A stretch of 63,394 nt of DNA, counting the filler, from Anaerolineae bacterium (GTDB lineage: Bacteria > Chloroflexota > Anaerolineae > Epilineales > Epilineaceae): the NCBI GenBank assembly GCA_029262755.1. It is 6 parts of 6 records of this genome, joined end to end, with 100 filler letters (N's around TTAATTAATTAA, not from the genome) between each part and the next. Parts side by side here need not be neighbours in the genome. Positions count along the whole stretch, not along the records: positions 41,935 to 49,844 come from JAJCYU010000231.1; positions 49,945 to 58,618 come from JAJCYU010000232.1; 4 more parts are not named here. One strand, written 5' to 3'. Shown one piece after another: positions 46,030-57,164 of this stretch. Position 1 is the first letter of the stretch. Each line of letters starts with the position of its first letter. The notes beneath the pieces were generated by a model. It made no database searches. It was not told the DNA's origin and was given only the letters and a program-made list of their open reading frames with translations. The position numbers were made by a program, and so were the translations under genes.

Positions 46030-48686
46030 CGGACCTGCGACGCAGCGAAGACACGAGCAAGGACGAACAGCGCCTACGCGGCGCCTTGGAATCTCATCCC
46101 TGGCCGGAGGTGGGCGAAGGGCTGATGGCCCGCTTGCGCGCGATCCCGCGGGAAGCGGAACATGCGGCGAGCGAATCGCGACAAGGCGCGCCCGTCCCGA
46201 CGCCGAGCCGAGCGGAATCGGACGTGCGCTCGGAGCGCCGCGGCTTCGGCGGCCTGCGACGCGGTTGGCTCGAGGCCGCCGGTGCCCTGGTCATCGTCGC
46301 CGCGGTGGCGTTCAGCCTGATACGGGCCGGCGGGCTGGGGATCGCGCCGGCCAACGCACCGGCGGACGCGACCCGCACACCGTCGCCATCCGGCGAGGCC
46401 GATGCGCCTCTGCCGCCCGACGGCACGCGGCTCTACGGATCGGTTGCCGAGCTGCTGGCCGACCCGCCGCCCGACGGCGTGACGGTGTGGCTGGACGCGT
46501 ACCACGGCGAGATCATCATGAGCTACCCCGGTTGGGGACGTACCGAGAGTTTCGCGGGATGCCCTAGCAGCGGCACGTCACCGCTGCTCGATCGCCCCTT
46601 CCTACTACAGCTTGCCAGCTTCTACATGACCGCTGGGACGTCGATGGATTCCACGGAGGAGCCGGTGCTCATTGCGGCCGGCGTCGACGAGGTCGGCGAG
46701 ATCGATCTCTTCCCGCCTCTGCCACGGCACGGAAGGCTGGTAATCCAGCTGGGCCACCCGGCGATGGCCGACTGCGAGGAGGTAGAGCGAATCGCGGTGG
46801 TGGAACGCGTGGCCTATGTCTTCGAGGAAAAGGCAGACTGGTCGGCCGTGCGCACACAGATCCGAGACGCAGGCACGAATGGGGAGGCGTCGGGATCCAC
46901 GCTCGTGACCGACCCGAAGGGTGGCACCGACCTCGAGGTCGGTGCGTACTGGCTCGACATCCCGCAGGGCCTCCACTCCGTCGAGCTCGAGGACGAAGCA
47001 GCAGTCGGCCGGGCCGTCGCTCATGCGCTCGCGCAGCCGGAACTACCGGCCCATCCGATTACCCTGCGCCGCTACTTTCCCGGCCACCTGGAGCACGCCG
47101 ACATGCTCTCCAGAGCCGCCGACACCGAGGTGGCCGCCACGAGCTACACGCAGGCCACCGCGAACGACACGCGCGATCCGAACGCGTTGACGTTCGCCAT
47201 CGACCGCGTCCCGGAGGAGGGAGGGCCGCTGGAAAGCATCGAGGCGCTCACCGCCGTCGACGACGTTGTCTACCGCCTAGCCGTGACGCTCCCCCCGGAC
47301 GCCATTCTAGCCCAGCCGCTGATCTGGTGGTTCGAGGAGGTCGTCGATCGCTTCCGTGTCGGGCCAACACCGGAGGGCGGGACGGCAGCGCTGGCCGCTG
47401 GGGCAACGCAGGCCGCCAACTACTACGCGACAGCCACCGCCCTCGTCGCGGCGGCGACGCTCAACGTCCCCACTGCCACACCCGAAGCTCGCACAGGGCC
47501 AGATGCACCCGGTGCGCCCTTCGAGCCCGATACGCCCAGTGCCTATGTGTTCGAGTTGGCAGCGTTGTCCTCGCTTGACGCCGGCCACCCGGTCGACGTC
47601 GTCGCTGCCCGCGGTGACTGGGCCGTAGGCGGAGGCCCGGGTGGGCTCTCGGCGCTACGCGTTGCACAGGGCGAGTTCTTCGTCTCGACCTCGGTCCTAC
47701 CCCTCACGCCACCGTCCCCGACCGAGCTCGGGCTCGTGCGCGACGGCGACGCGGAGTTCGCCGCCGGTCAGCTCGGTGCGGATCTCGACACGGCCCGCGC
47801 TCGCCTGGCGGGCGATAGCGCCGACGGCGACTGGACCGTCCAGTCCGTGGAGATCCGCGCGCCGCATGTCTACGCCGCCATCGAGTGGCCGGCCAAGAGC
47901 GGCCTCGCCTGGCTCTACGTCTTCGACGTCGAGGCGGAGGACGGTCCGACGCTGCGCGGCGCGGCTCGACTCGATCCGGCCGCGGGCAACGACTTTCGGC
48001 TCGTCAACGTCCACGACCTGGCTCTCTACGGCGACCGCCTGCTAGGCGCATCGACGGTCGGCCTCTTCGACGTGGACGTCGCGGATCCGGCCTCGCCCGA
48101 AGTCACGTCGCCGCCGGAGGGTTTGCAAACCTTCCTCTACAGCATCGCCGTCGACGAGGCGCAGGCGCAGGCCTGGGCCACGATTCCCTTGATCGACCAG
48201 GGCGCGCTCCAGGGCATAGACCTGCGCGACCTGGCCGGCCCCAGCCCGGCGACGCGCCTCGAGCTCGACTTTTCCCTATTGGATCTGGTCTCGGACGGCG
48301 AGACGGCCTACGCGACGCACGGCAGCAAGAGTGGCGGCGTCCTCGTCTACGACGTGCGGCAACGCGGCATCGGCCCCACCGGCTCGCTACTGATCTCCGC
48401 GGGCGCCCAACACGGCTTGGCCCTGACGGACGACCGCCTCTTCGTCATGACGACCGACATCGGCATGGCGGATAGCCTGGTTGGCGCGGGCGACGGCTAT
48501 CCCGGTCCCGGAGATCGCTCGGCGCCAGGCATCCTGGTCTACGATCGCTCGGAACCGGGCCTGCCCATACTACTCGGCGCGCTGACGATGCCGACGGTAC
48601 CCAAGGCGCTCGCGGCGACGGACGGCTTGCTGCTCGCGGCGGCCGGAGAGGGCGAGCTGCGCATCTACGACCTGGGCGGAGAATAG
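46026..48686 (+). CDS. Putative anti-sigma membrane protein with large extracellular region (LVIVD-like propeller)
   Basis: ATGA overlap with sigma gene; single TM (AAGALVIVAAVAFSLI); C-terminal DV(A)DP.SP / YD...P.LLG repeats. Confidence 0.7.
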   Translation: MTDLRRSEDTSKDEQRLRGALESHPWPEVGEGLMARLRAIPREAEHAASESRQGAPVPTPSRAESDVRSERRGFGGLRRGWLEAAGALVIVAAVAFSLIRAGGLGIAPANAPADATRTPSPSGEADAPLPPDGTRLYGSVAELLADPPPDGVTVWLDAYHGEIIMSYPGWGRTESFAGCPSSGTSPLLDRPFLLQLASFYMTAGTSMDSTEEPVLIAAGVDEVGEIDLFPPLPRHGRLVIQLGHPAMADCEEVERIAVVERVAYVFEEKADWSAVRTQIRDAGTNGEASGSTLVTDPKGGTDLEVGAYWLDIPQGLHSVELEDEAAVGRAVAHALAQPELPAHPITLRRYFPGHLEHADMLSRAADTEVAATSYTQATANDTRDPNALTFAIDRVPEEGGPLESIEALTAVDDVVYRLAVTLPPDAILAQPLIWWFEEVVDRFRVGPTPEGGTAALAAGATQAANYYATATALVAAATLNVPTATPEARTGPDAPGAPFEPDTPSAYVFELAALSSLDAGHPVDVVAARGDWAVGGGPGGLSALRVAQGEFFVSTSVLPLTPPSPTELGLVRDGDAEFAAGQLGADLDTARARLAGDSADGDWTVQSVEIRAPHVYAAIEWPAKSGLAWLYVFDVEAEDGPTLRGAARLDPAAGNDFRLVNVHDLALYGDRLLGASTVGLFDVDVADPASPEVTSPPEGLQTFLYSIAVDEAQAQAWATIPLIDQGALQGIDLRDLAGPSPATRLELDFSLLDLVSDGETAYATHGSKSGGVLVYDVRQRGIGPTGSLLISAGAQHGLALTDDRLFVMTTDIGMADSLVGAGDGYPGPGDRSAPGILVYDRSEPGLPILLGALTMPTVPKALAATDGLLLAAAGEGELRIYDLGGE

Positions 48687-48802
48687 CAATCCGACGCGGT
48701 CCGGGCGCCGGCCCAATGCCGGTATGGCGTCCGGACCTGCGTCTCGTAGCCCGCCGCCAAGGCCCGGCGACCACCCCGAGGACTCCGTCGTGGACGCCGG
48801 AC

Positions 48803-48921
48803 GTAGCCTCTATGTCGCGGCCATGAAGCCTTCGCATGCGCCGGATGTAGCCTTCGTCATCGCACCCTGAAGGCTACGTGTTCGGGAGTCGAAGCCTACG
48901 CCGGGGGAGGAGGTAGCCTTC
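48803..48921. repeat. Array of six 9-bp palindromes GWAGSCTWC at exact 22-bp period
   Basis: 48803 GTAGCCTCT, 48825 GAAGCCTTC, 48847 GTAGCCTTC, 48869 GAAGGCTAC, 48891 GAAGCCTAC, 48913 GTAGCCTTC; 13-nt unrelated spacers. Confidence 0.8.
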
Positions 48922-49057
48922 AAGGGCCGCGTGCCGCCTTCGGGAACCGCCGGGCGCAGTGCGTCGTTGGGAGCCCAACTTCACCTCGACCGCCCTGCTC
49001 GTCGAGGTCCCGCCGCGCGACACCGCGGTCGCGGGCCCTCGCACTTGGAGCTTGACC

Positions 49058-49456
49058 ATGGCCTCCCAGATTGCCGCCGTCGCATCACTCCGCCCGCGCG
49101 TCCTCCGCAAGTCGACCCTCAACCTCGACATTATCGCCCTACGCCTCGCCCGGGGCGGGCTGGCCTCGCGCAGCATCGTCCGCATGGTCCTGGACGACCT
49201 GGTCGAGCAGATCGCGATCGCGCTGCGCGAGGGGGACGCGGTCCATCTCGAAGGGCTCGGCCGCTTCGGGCTCGACATCCGCATGGACGGCCGACTGCGC
49301 CCCTCCATGCGCTTCGACCCGCAGCTGCGTCACGCGGTCCACTCCCTCGACGTCTTCGAAGGCACCATCACCAACCGCGAGAACCTCGGCCTTTCGACGG
49401 CTGAGATCGTTGAGAAGTGGAACGAACTCCACCCGGACAACCCGGTGGAACGATGA
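49058..49456 (+). CDS. HU/IHF-like DNA-binding protein with C-terminal extension
   Basis: GGAG RBS; VRMVLDDLVEQIAIALREGDAVHLEGLGRF HU signature; tail WNELHPDNPVE. Confidence 0.75.
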   Translation: MASQIAAVASLRPRVLRKSTLNLDIIALRLARGGLASRSIVRMVLDDLVEQIAIALREGDAVHLEGLGRFGLDIRMDGRLRPSMRFDPQLRHAVHSLDVFEGTITNRENLGLSTAEIVEKWNELHPDNPVER

Positions 49457-49558
49457 CGCTGCGCCGGACGTGCGCGGCGTGACGTCCGAAGAACGGGGGG
49501 CGTCCTGCTACGATTTGGTCATTATCGCGGGCGGTGCTGTCCAGGAGGATCATCGGCC

Positions 49559-49844
49559 ATGTGCGAGCCCAAACTGTCGCCGGGCGCCCGCAGTCCGGAC
49601 GCGCCGACGCCGAAGTACGCTCTGCCCGAGATCGAGCGACGCTGGCTCGCCGATCTAGATGCCGCACCGGCGCTGAGCGGGTTGCCGGCCTGGATCATCG
49701 AGGACCTCTATCTCGAAGGCTCGCGCCTCCGCGTGCGCGCCATGATCGACTCGGAAGGCCGCGGCCCCACCCTCTTCAAGCTGGCCAAGAAGTACGGCAG
49801 CCGCGGCTCTTACACCGAGCCGATGACCAACCTATACCTCGACG
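49559..49844 (+). CDS. CYTH-like protein, 3' truncated by gap
   Basis: AGGAGG RBS; EIERRWL..IEDLYL...LRVR..KLAKK..TNLYL. Confidence 0.6.
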
Positions 49845-49944
49845 NNNNNNNNNNNNNNNNNNNNNNNNNNNNNNNNNNNNNNNNNNNNTTAATTAATTAA
49901 NNNNNNNNNNNNNNNNNNNNNNNNNNNNNNNNNNNNNNNNNNNN
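49845..49944. other. Artificial contig spacer
   Basis: N-TTAATTAATTAA-N. Confidence 0.98.
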
Positions 49945-52900
49945 TCTGGTCGATCGGCGGCGTGGCCGAGAACGGGGTGCCGGTGAGGTCCGGTCGCGCC
50001 GTGCCTGGCGGCGGCGTCATCGAGCCCGGCGTTGCTGACCCGGGTTCGCCCGTCGCTGTGACCATCGGCATAGGCGAAGCGGTCGTTGCGGTATCGCGCG
50101 TTGCATCGGCGGTCGGCGAGTCAGGGGGAGTCGGCGTTGGGGGCGGCGACGGGGACGGCGTTGGCGAGGGGCCGAACGTCGGGATCGCCGTCGGGACCGG
50201 GGTCCGGGAAGTCGGCGTGGCCGTCGGCGCGAGCGTTGGGGCGGCTCGGTTCTCGACACGCACGAGCGGGATCGGGAAATCCCAGCGCGTCGGCTCGGAA
50301 GCCATTGGGTTGTCGGGGCGGTTCGCTCGTAGCACCGCATCGGACGTGGCAGGCCACAGACCCTCGGTCAACGCGACGAGCGGCAGCGACGCACGCCAGC
50401 CGGCGTGCTCGAGAGCGCCGGGCGTCCACGGAGGCGGTGAACCGGGTACCACGCTGCGGTCGATCGGCAACGCTTCCTGCGCAACCATGACGATCGTCGC
50501 CTCCACCAGCAGCGCGCCCGGCACGATCGTGCGGGCCACGGCGGCGAGCGCGTGGCGTAGCGCGGCGCGCGTCGGCGCGGCGACTGCAAGGCCGCCGGGA
50601 CCGGACGCGGTCAGGCGGGCGAGGTTGGCGTCGGACTCAGTCCTTCGCGCCACATCGTCCGCGGTCACGTTCACGACGTGCACGGTCATTCCGTCCGCCG
50701 TGATGCCGGCGAGGGCCTCGTCGAACGCGGCGTCCTCGCCGTCGTGCGCGCCCGTGGCGACGAGCACGATGTGGCGCGGATGGGCGGCTGCACGCGCGAT
50801 CGCACCGCGGGCGGCCTCGAGGCCGGAGGCGAGGTTCGTCGGACCGCTTGCTTCGCGCGCGGCGAGGCTCGCTGCGATCGGGCTGAGATCTTCCTCCCAC
50901 GGTAACAGGCGCGCGGCGCGATCCGCGTACGTCACGACCGCAACGCCGGCGCCGCCGTCCGCCACGTCCGCCAGGAAGCGGGCCGCCTCGTCGCGCACAC
51001 CGTCCCACGTGGCCGCCGCGGCGTCACCGTGGGCGAGCAGGAGCACGACGGCGGGCGTACTGGGGTCCGACCCTCCGGCAGGCGGGTCGGCGGCGAGGCA
51101 GCGTCCGGCGATCGCGAGCGTCAGGGTGACGGGGTCGCCGGTCGAAACGATCGGCGGCGACGCGTCGGCTAACAGGGTGGGGCCGCACGCCACGTCCGAG
51201 GGAGTTGGCGACTGCGGCGGTGGTTGGAACGCGCCCTGGGCGTCGACGGGATCGAGCACGCGGACCGCGCCCGTCGCATCGGCGACGTAGAGCGTGCCCG
51301 CCGCATCGGCCGCGATATCGCGCGCGGCGTCGCCGGCGGTGGCACCCGCGACGACGTCGAGCGAATCGCGCGCCGCCCCGGCGTGGAAGGAGGTTTGGAG
51401 GCCCGTTTCGTCGCCGACCGCGATCCAGCCGGAGGCCAAGAGCACGGCGAAGCGCGAGCCGGGTAGCGCAGCAAGCGCCCAGGGAACATCGGGCAGCGCG
51501 AGCGTCGCGACGATCGCGCCTGCGCCGTCGAGGACAACCAACCGGCGTCGGATTGACTCCGCGAGGAGCAGGCCGGGCTGACCGTTGGGGCGCGTGATGA
51601 CCGCCAAATCGACAATCGCCGGCGCCCGCAGCTCGTCCGGTAGGTCGATTACACCGACCGGACCGAGGTCGCGGTCGAGCCAGCGCACAGTCGCGAGCCC
51701 CGTATCGAGCACGGCCACCGCGGCACTGGGCGGCGCGACGCGGCTGCCGGCCGGCACAGCGGCCAGGCGCGTCGGCCAGGCGGCGCCGCTGGGGCGGGGC
51801 GCGAAGGCGGACCAGGTCTCGTCGCGCAAGCGTGCGAGACCGCGATTGGTGGTCAGCGCGAAGACGTCGTCGCCGCGGACCGCGACGTCCTCGATGTCGC
51901 CGACTTCCGCGGCAAGCGTGAGGTCGATGCCGGCAGCGGCGCGCGAACCCGCCGCCGCCTCCGGCTGCCACACGTGCCCTCGCCAGCGAATCTGGGGCCA
52001 CGCGGGATCATCCGCGATCACGACTCCCGCGAGGCCGGCGGCGATGCGGCGAGGGGCGTGCAGCCAGCCGCGTTCCGTGCGGCTGCCGGTGATCGCGCGC
52101 TCGAGGTCGGGCAGGTGGACGGGGCCGTTGCTCGTGGCGGCCCAGGCGCCGTCGCCGCCGTCGTGGGCCAGGTCGCCCACGGAGCCGAGCGGGAAGTGCA
52201 GGCGGTCGTCGCCGCGATCGTGGACGCCGAGCAGGCCGGTGGCCGTGCCCGCCAGAGTCCAGAGACCGCGGCGGAGGATTGTGCGGGCTCCGGGCACGCC
52301 GGGCGCGAAGAGGACGCGGCCGCTGCCTTCTTCGATCTCGAGCACCCGCCCAGAGCCGGGGAGCGGGAGGCGGAAGCGAGCGCGCGGAGGGTCCGTGCCG
52401 GGTACGTCGCCGAGCCAGAACAGGGTCTCAGCGTCGGCCGCGATCTCGGGTAGAAGGATGATGCCGATGGGCGCGCCGAAGGCGTCGAACGCGAGGATGG
52501 CGCGATCACGGCCGGCCAGCACGTACAACCGGTCGCCCACGACGACGATGCCGCGCGGGCCGCCGACCTTCCACGAAACGATCGCCTCTCCGGTCGGCTC
52601 GACGACCTGGACCCGGTCGTTGCCCGTGTCGCTGACGGCAAGACGCCCGTCGGCGAGCACGGCGACGTCGCGCGGCTGGTTGAATTGCAGCGGGCCGGAG
52701 CCGGACTGGCCCACGGAGCCCTCGAATAGGCCGTCGGGGCCGTACGCACGGACCGCGTCCGCGGTGCGGTCCGTAACGAAGACGCGGCCCGTCGCGGGAT
52801 CGCGCCCGATGCCGCCCGCCTCGTGGCCTGCGGGCCAATCGAGGGCCGTCCAAAGCGGAGGTGGGGTCGAGCGCCAGGAGGCGGTATGGTGCCAAACGGG

Positions 52901-53038
52901 GAGGTCGGTTGCCGGCGTGGATTGGGCTGCGGCCGGCACGGATGCGAGCGGCGCGGCGGCTAGGGAGGTGAGGAATAGCGCGACCATCGCGGCGCGCGAG
53001 AGGTGTTTCGAGCGGTCCCGTGCGCCACCGAGCATCAT
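49945..53038 (-). CDS. Secreted NHL-repeat beta-propeller + degenerate vWA + Pro/Thr linker protein (3' truncated)
   Basis: Signal peptide; GSGPLQFNQPRDVAV..VSDTGNDRVQV NHL repeat; vWA-like VAVVTYAD..GPTNLASGL..IVLVATG lacking DxSxS. Confidence 0.75.
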
Positions 53039-53265
53039 CGCGTTGCTCGGCAAGGCCTGGCGGCGACGAACGCATGATTTATGGCTGGCGCCCGTAACGC
53101 GAGGAACTGTGCACCATGCAGTGGGACCGCGACCGCCAAAGGATTCGGGATCACACATCGATCGCGCAATGCACCCAGGTCGAGCGTGAAGAAACGCTCG
53201 ATTCCCCGCTCAATCGGTGCGACCACCAACTCCACCTCACCGCGTCGTTTCAAGACGTTGCCGGC

Positions 53266-53637
53266 TCAGGTGTTCAAGTAGATGGAGTTACCGTCCGGAT
53301 CACGCAGCCACGCCCCGGTCGTGCCGTCCTCTTCGACGTGCGCCTCGACTTCCAACGCAATGCCCCGTGCCTTGATCGCCTCTGCGGCAAGCGCGACGTC
53401 CGCGTCGCGGAAGTTCAGCACGGTACTAGTGATATGGCCTTGAAAGATGTGGAGCTCCAGCGTGTCGCGGCGGAGCATGCACCAGCCGTCGGAAGGGTCG
53501 CCGCCGATCTCGTCGAAGCCGAGGCGGCCGTAGAAATCGCGCGAGGCCGACAAATCGGTCACGTTGAGGCAGAGGACGAAGTTACCTAGGTCGGGTGGCG
53601 GTGCATCCGGATTCGGCGGAAGGCTCGGCTCGGTCAT
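53266..53637 (-). CDS. VOC/glyoxalase family protein
   Basis: LNVTDLSASRDFYGRLGF...LRDPDGNSIYL. Confidence 0.88.
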   Translation of the reverse strand: MTEPSLPPNPDAPPPDLGNFVLCLNVTDLSASRDFYGRLGFDEIGGDPSDGWCMLRRDTLELHIFQGHITSTVLNFRDADVALAAEAIKARGIALEVEAHVEEDGTTGAWLRDPDGNSIYLNT

Positions 53638-54032
53638 GGCGCACCCCTCGTCGGCGGCGTCGGAAGCGGTCGTGCGCCCATCGTAGCCCAACGCGTCCCA
53701 CGGCTCCAGAGACTAGCCCAGTGCCACTCGGCTTCGGACGGGCTCGAGCACCGCGGCATCTGCCACAGCGGCGCAGCGGCCGGCCGCGCCCCGGCCGTCG
53801 TGCTGCGATGCGCTCGGCTCGACGAACTAGAGCAGCGCCGCAGCGGCATTCTCGATTCCATCCGCTCTTGAGCGGCACTGCGTACATACGCGGACCGGTC
53901 GCCATCCGTACGGGAACCGGCCAAGTGCCGAGCGTTGACAGAGCGTGATTCCGATCGCCAACGCTAGCCGCTGATCACTGACGGTCACCGGCCATCGCCG
54001 GACTTCTCCAAGGCTCGTGACCGAATCGCTCC

Positions 54033-57000
54033 CTACCGCCGCCCCCAGTACGCCTCGCTCGGACAGGGCACCTGGCTGACCAACGTTTGATACACGGCGC
54101 GCAGGCCGTCCGGGTTCGGCGCGGCGATGAAGTGGGAGGTCTCGCCTGCGACGCGGCGCAACATGGCCGCGTCCATCGCAGGGCCGACGCCCACGACCCA
54201 CGTGGCCATGCCGGCGCCGCGCGCTCGTGCGGCGGCCGATACGACGCGGCCGCTGGAGCCCGCGTCCACGAGGCCGTCCGAGAGCACGACGATGGCCGGA
54301 CGCGCATCGCGGCGGCGGGAGCCGGCGAGCAGCGTGACGGCGCGGTCGATGCCGAGGTCGATGCGCGTGCCTTCGGCGAGCGTGACCCGGCGGAGCGATA
54401 CGACGAGGCGCGCGCGCTCGTGCGACATGCCGTGCAGGACGGTCGCCTGGTTGTTGAACGTGACGATGGCCGCGCGGTCGGCGCCGGCGCGCAGGCGCAG
54501 GCCGTCGAGGAATGTCCACACCCCGTCGATAGCGGCATCGATCTTCAACAGGCCGGACGGGGTGCGTGAGGCCATGCTGCGCGAGGCGTCCACGACCAGG
54601 ACGACGTCGGTGAAGCGGTCGCGTGGGGGGCATTGCTCGTTCAGCGCGAGCGGCAGGAAGATGCGACGCGCACCGGAGGGCGGCGAGGAGGCGCCGGCCG
54701 TTCGCGTTGCGCTGGCGCGGGGCGGCGCGATCGTCGCCGACGCAGGCGGGATCGTCGTCGCGCTTGGCGCGGCCGGCACGTCGGTCGCGCTGCCGGTGGC
54801 CGCTGCGGTCGCGCTGACGCTGGGAGCTGGCGTGTGCGTCGACGTGACCTCGGTAGTCGCGGTCGGCGACGGTGGATCGGTGGCGAACGGCGTGACGAGG
54901 GTCGCGGTAGGCGTCACGGTCGGAGTTGCCGTAGACGGGGCGGTCGGGGGCAGCGCGGGCGTGCCGAGCGTTGGGGCCGGCGTGGGGGTGACGGTAGGTG
55001 GCGCGGTCGGGCTGGGCGGCGGGGTCAGCGTCGGCGTGAAGGTCGGGAGCGGCGCGACGTTGGCGGACGCGACGAGCAGGCCCGCCTCCCAATGGCCGAC
55101 GAGAACGCGTCCCTGCTGCACGGCGATGCCGTTGCGCGCTTCGGCCCACGAAGCCGGCCACGGGAGCGTCGCCGCCACGCGCGGGGAGCGGGGCACGAGG
55201 GCGTCGATGATCGATAGATCCGCCGCGGCCGTGTACACATAGCCCGCCGCGGCTGCGAGGCCGACGCCGAAGCCGGGCAGCGGCACACGGCCGCGCTCGA
55301 CGATCGCTTCGGGGTTCGTCGCGTCGAAGACGATCACGCCCCCGTCCGCCGTGACGTACACGCGCTCGCCCTCTGCTGCCAGGCCGACGAGGCCACCGGG
55401 ACCGCGGGCCACCGCGAGCGACGCAGCGCCAAGCGAGATCGGGGGCGTTGCGCCCATGTCGATCACGGTGAGATGCGGCGCTTGGCCGGCAAGCGCGGAC
55501 GCCACGTAGAGCTTCGCGCCCACGGCGGACAGGTCCAACACGCGACCGGGCACAGGGACGGAACCGACCAGGACGGGCGCGCGCGGATCGGCCAGGTCGA
55601 ACACGGCGACGCGCTGCAGCTCGAGCCCGACCGCCAATCGGCCGGCGGAGACCTCGACCGCCGCGGCCAAGGCGCCGGGCGAATCGATGGCGAGCAGCTC
55701 GCGGGGCAGGATCGGCTCCGCGACGTCCACGACGCGGAACGCACTACGCGAGCTGCCGTCGGCGAGGTAGGCGACACTACCGTGCAGGGCGACGTCGACG
55801 AACACGCCCTCGGCCTCGTAGCGACCGACCGTGCGCGGAGCGCTGGGGTCAGAGAGGTCGACGATGCGCATCCCGGCGCGCCCGGCCGCCACGTAGGCCA
55901 GATCGTCCTTCGCCGCCACGCCGTACGCATGCCACGCGTCGCGCAGCGCGCCGACCGATCGCGCATCGGCGGGGGCCGCAATGTTGAAGATCTCGAGACC
56001 GTGATAGGCGCGGCGCGCACCGACGAGATCGCCGAGACAGGCGATCAGCAGCTGGTCGGCACCGCGAAGCGAGAGGCCGGAAATGGAGCCTTGGGCCTCG
56101 ATCAAGCCCAGAGGACGCGGCGCCCCGGGGTTGGTCATATCGATTTCGGCCACGGCGGATGCGCTGCTGACCCACACCCGGGTGGTGCCTGCGATCAGGG
56201 CGCGCGGACCCGTGCTGGCCGCGCCGAGCGGAACGAGCACCCGCGAACGCTCGCGCGCACGAGCCGGGTCGGTGACGTCGAGCGCGATCAGCTCGCCGGC
56301 GGAGGTCACGACAAACGCGTCCGCGCCGCGCACGTCCATGCCCAGCGGACGATCGGCGTTGAAGCGCGCGGTAGAGGCCAGCGTGGGGCGCGCCGGATCG
56401 CTCACATCGAGGCGATGCAGTTGGAGGCCGGCGCCGATGGTGCGCGCATCTTCGAGCAACCAACTTGCGTCGCCGTCCAACGCGATATGTGCCGCGCGGC
56501 CGGGCAGCCGCAACAAGCCGATAAGGCGCGGCGCGCTGGGCACGGAAAGGTCGACCAGCGAGAGCGATGATCCGCGCAGCGCAAAGAGGAGGTCGCCCCG
56601 TTGGGCGATGGCGTCCGCTTCGACCGGGAGACGCGCCGCGACGGTGGGTGATGCTCGGTTGCCGCCGTCGAGCACGATCAGGCCATCGGAGCCCATGGCG
56701 GCCACCACGATGCCCTCACGCACCACGATATCGAGGGCGGGGGAAGGCAGGAGCTCGCTACGCCCGATCGCGCGCGGCGCGCTGGCGACGGAGAGGTCCA
56801 CGGCCCACACGCTGTAGCCGACGCCCAACCAGGCCGTGTCGCCCTCGTGTGCATGCGAGAATACGCCGCCGCCTGCGGCACCGAGCCGCTGCAGGGGCGC
56901 GCCATCGGCGAGGACGGCGCGGGGCGCGGCGGCGAGGAATCCTGGCTCATCGCCCGGATGGGCCCCTCCGCGATCGAGGGATGGCACAGTCGCGCCCGCG

Positions 57001-57164
57001 AATGCGAGGGCGAGGGCGAGGGCGAGGGCCAACGCGAATGCCAAGGGGAGGGCGGGGCCGCTTCGTAGCCCAAAGCGGGGTGGTGCCGCGAGTGCGATTA
57101 ATGGGCGGGGCATGGCCCGATCCGGCCCGGGGGCGGGGCGGTGGGCAGGTCGGGCAGCGAACAT
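54033..57164 (-). CDS. Secreted LVIVD-repeat propeller + Pro/Thr linker + C-terminal vWA protein
   Basis: GGAGG RBS; signal/TM; many AYVA..G.RIVDLSDP..P repeats; MIDAS DASRS, GTRIDLGI, LSDG. Confidence 0.85.
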   Translation of the reverse strand: MFAARPAHRPAPGPDRAMPRPLIALAAPPRFGLRSGPALPLAFALALALALALAFAGATVPSLDRGGAHPGDEPGFLAAAPRAVLADGAPLQRLGAAGGGVFSHAHEGDTAWLGVGYSVWAVDLSVASAPRAIGRSELLPSPALDIVVREGIVVAAMGSDGLIVLDGGNRASPTVAARLPVEADAIAQRGDLLFALRGSSLSLVDLSVPSAPRLIGLLRLPGRAAHIALDGDASWLLEDARTIGAGLQLHRLDVSDPARPTLASTARFNADRPLGMDVRGADAFVVTSAGELIALDVTDPARARERSRVLVPLGAASTGPRALIAGTTRVWVSSASAVAEIDMTNPGAPRPLGLIEAQGSISGLSLRGADQLLIACLGDLVGARRAYHGLEIFNIAAPADARSVGALRDAWHAYGVAAKDDLAYVAAGRAGMRIVDLSDPSAPRTVGRYEAEGVFVDVALHGSVAYLADGSSRSAFRVVDVAEPILPRELLAIDSPGALAAAVEVSAGRLAVGLELQRVAVFDLADPRAPVLVGSVPVPGRVLDLSAVGAKLYVASALAGQAPHLTVIDMGATPPISLGAASLAVARGPGGLVGLAAEGERVYVTADGGVIVFDATNPEAIVERGRVPLPGFGVGLAAAAGYVYTAAADLSIIDALVPRSPRVAATLPWPASWAEARNGIAVQQGRVLVGHWEAGLLVASANVAPLPTFTPTLTPPPSPTAPPTVTPTPAPTLGTPALPPTAPSTATPTVTPTATLVTPFATDPPSPTATTEVTSTHTPAPSVSATAAATGSATDVPAAPSATTIPPASATIAPPRASATRTAGASSPPSGARRIFLPLALNEQCPPRDRFTDVVLVVDASRSMASRTPSGLLKIDAAIDGVWTFLDGLRLRAGADRAAIVTFNNQATVLHGMSHERARLVVSLRRVTLAEGTRIDLGIDRAVTLLAGSRRRDARPAIVVLSDGLVDAGSSGRVVSAAARARGAGMATWVVGVGPAMDAAMLRRVAGETSHFIAAPNPDGLRAVYQTLVSQVPCPSEAYWGRR

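Noticed and set aside
48803..48921. CRISPR array interpretation of the 22-bp periodic repeat
   Set aside because: Repeat (9 bp) and spacers (13 bp) are far too short and no cas genes are present; kept as a non-CRISPR array.
49962..56817. Long + strand ORFs (e.g. 49962-51290, 51585-53189, 54127-55242) and similar long overlapping ORFs elsewhere
   Set aside because: Antisense or alternate-frame shadows expected at ~70% GC; Arg/Ala/Ser-rich with no domain motifs.
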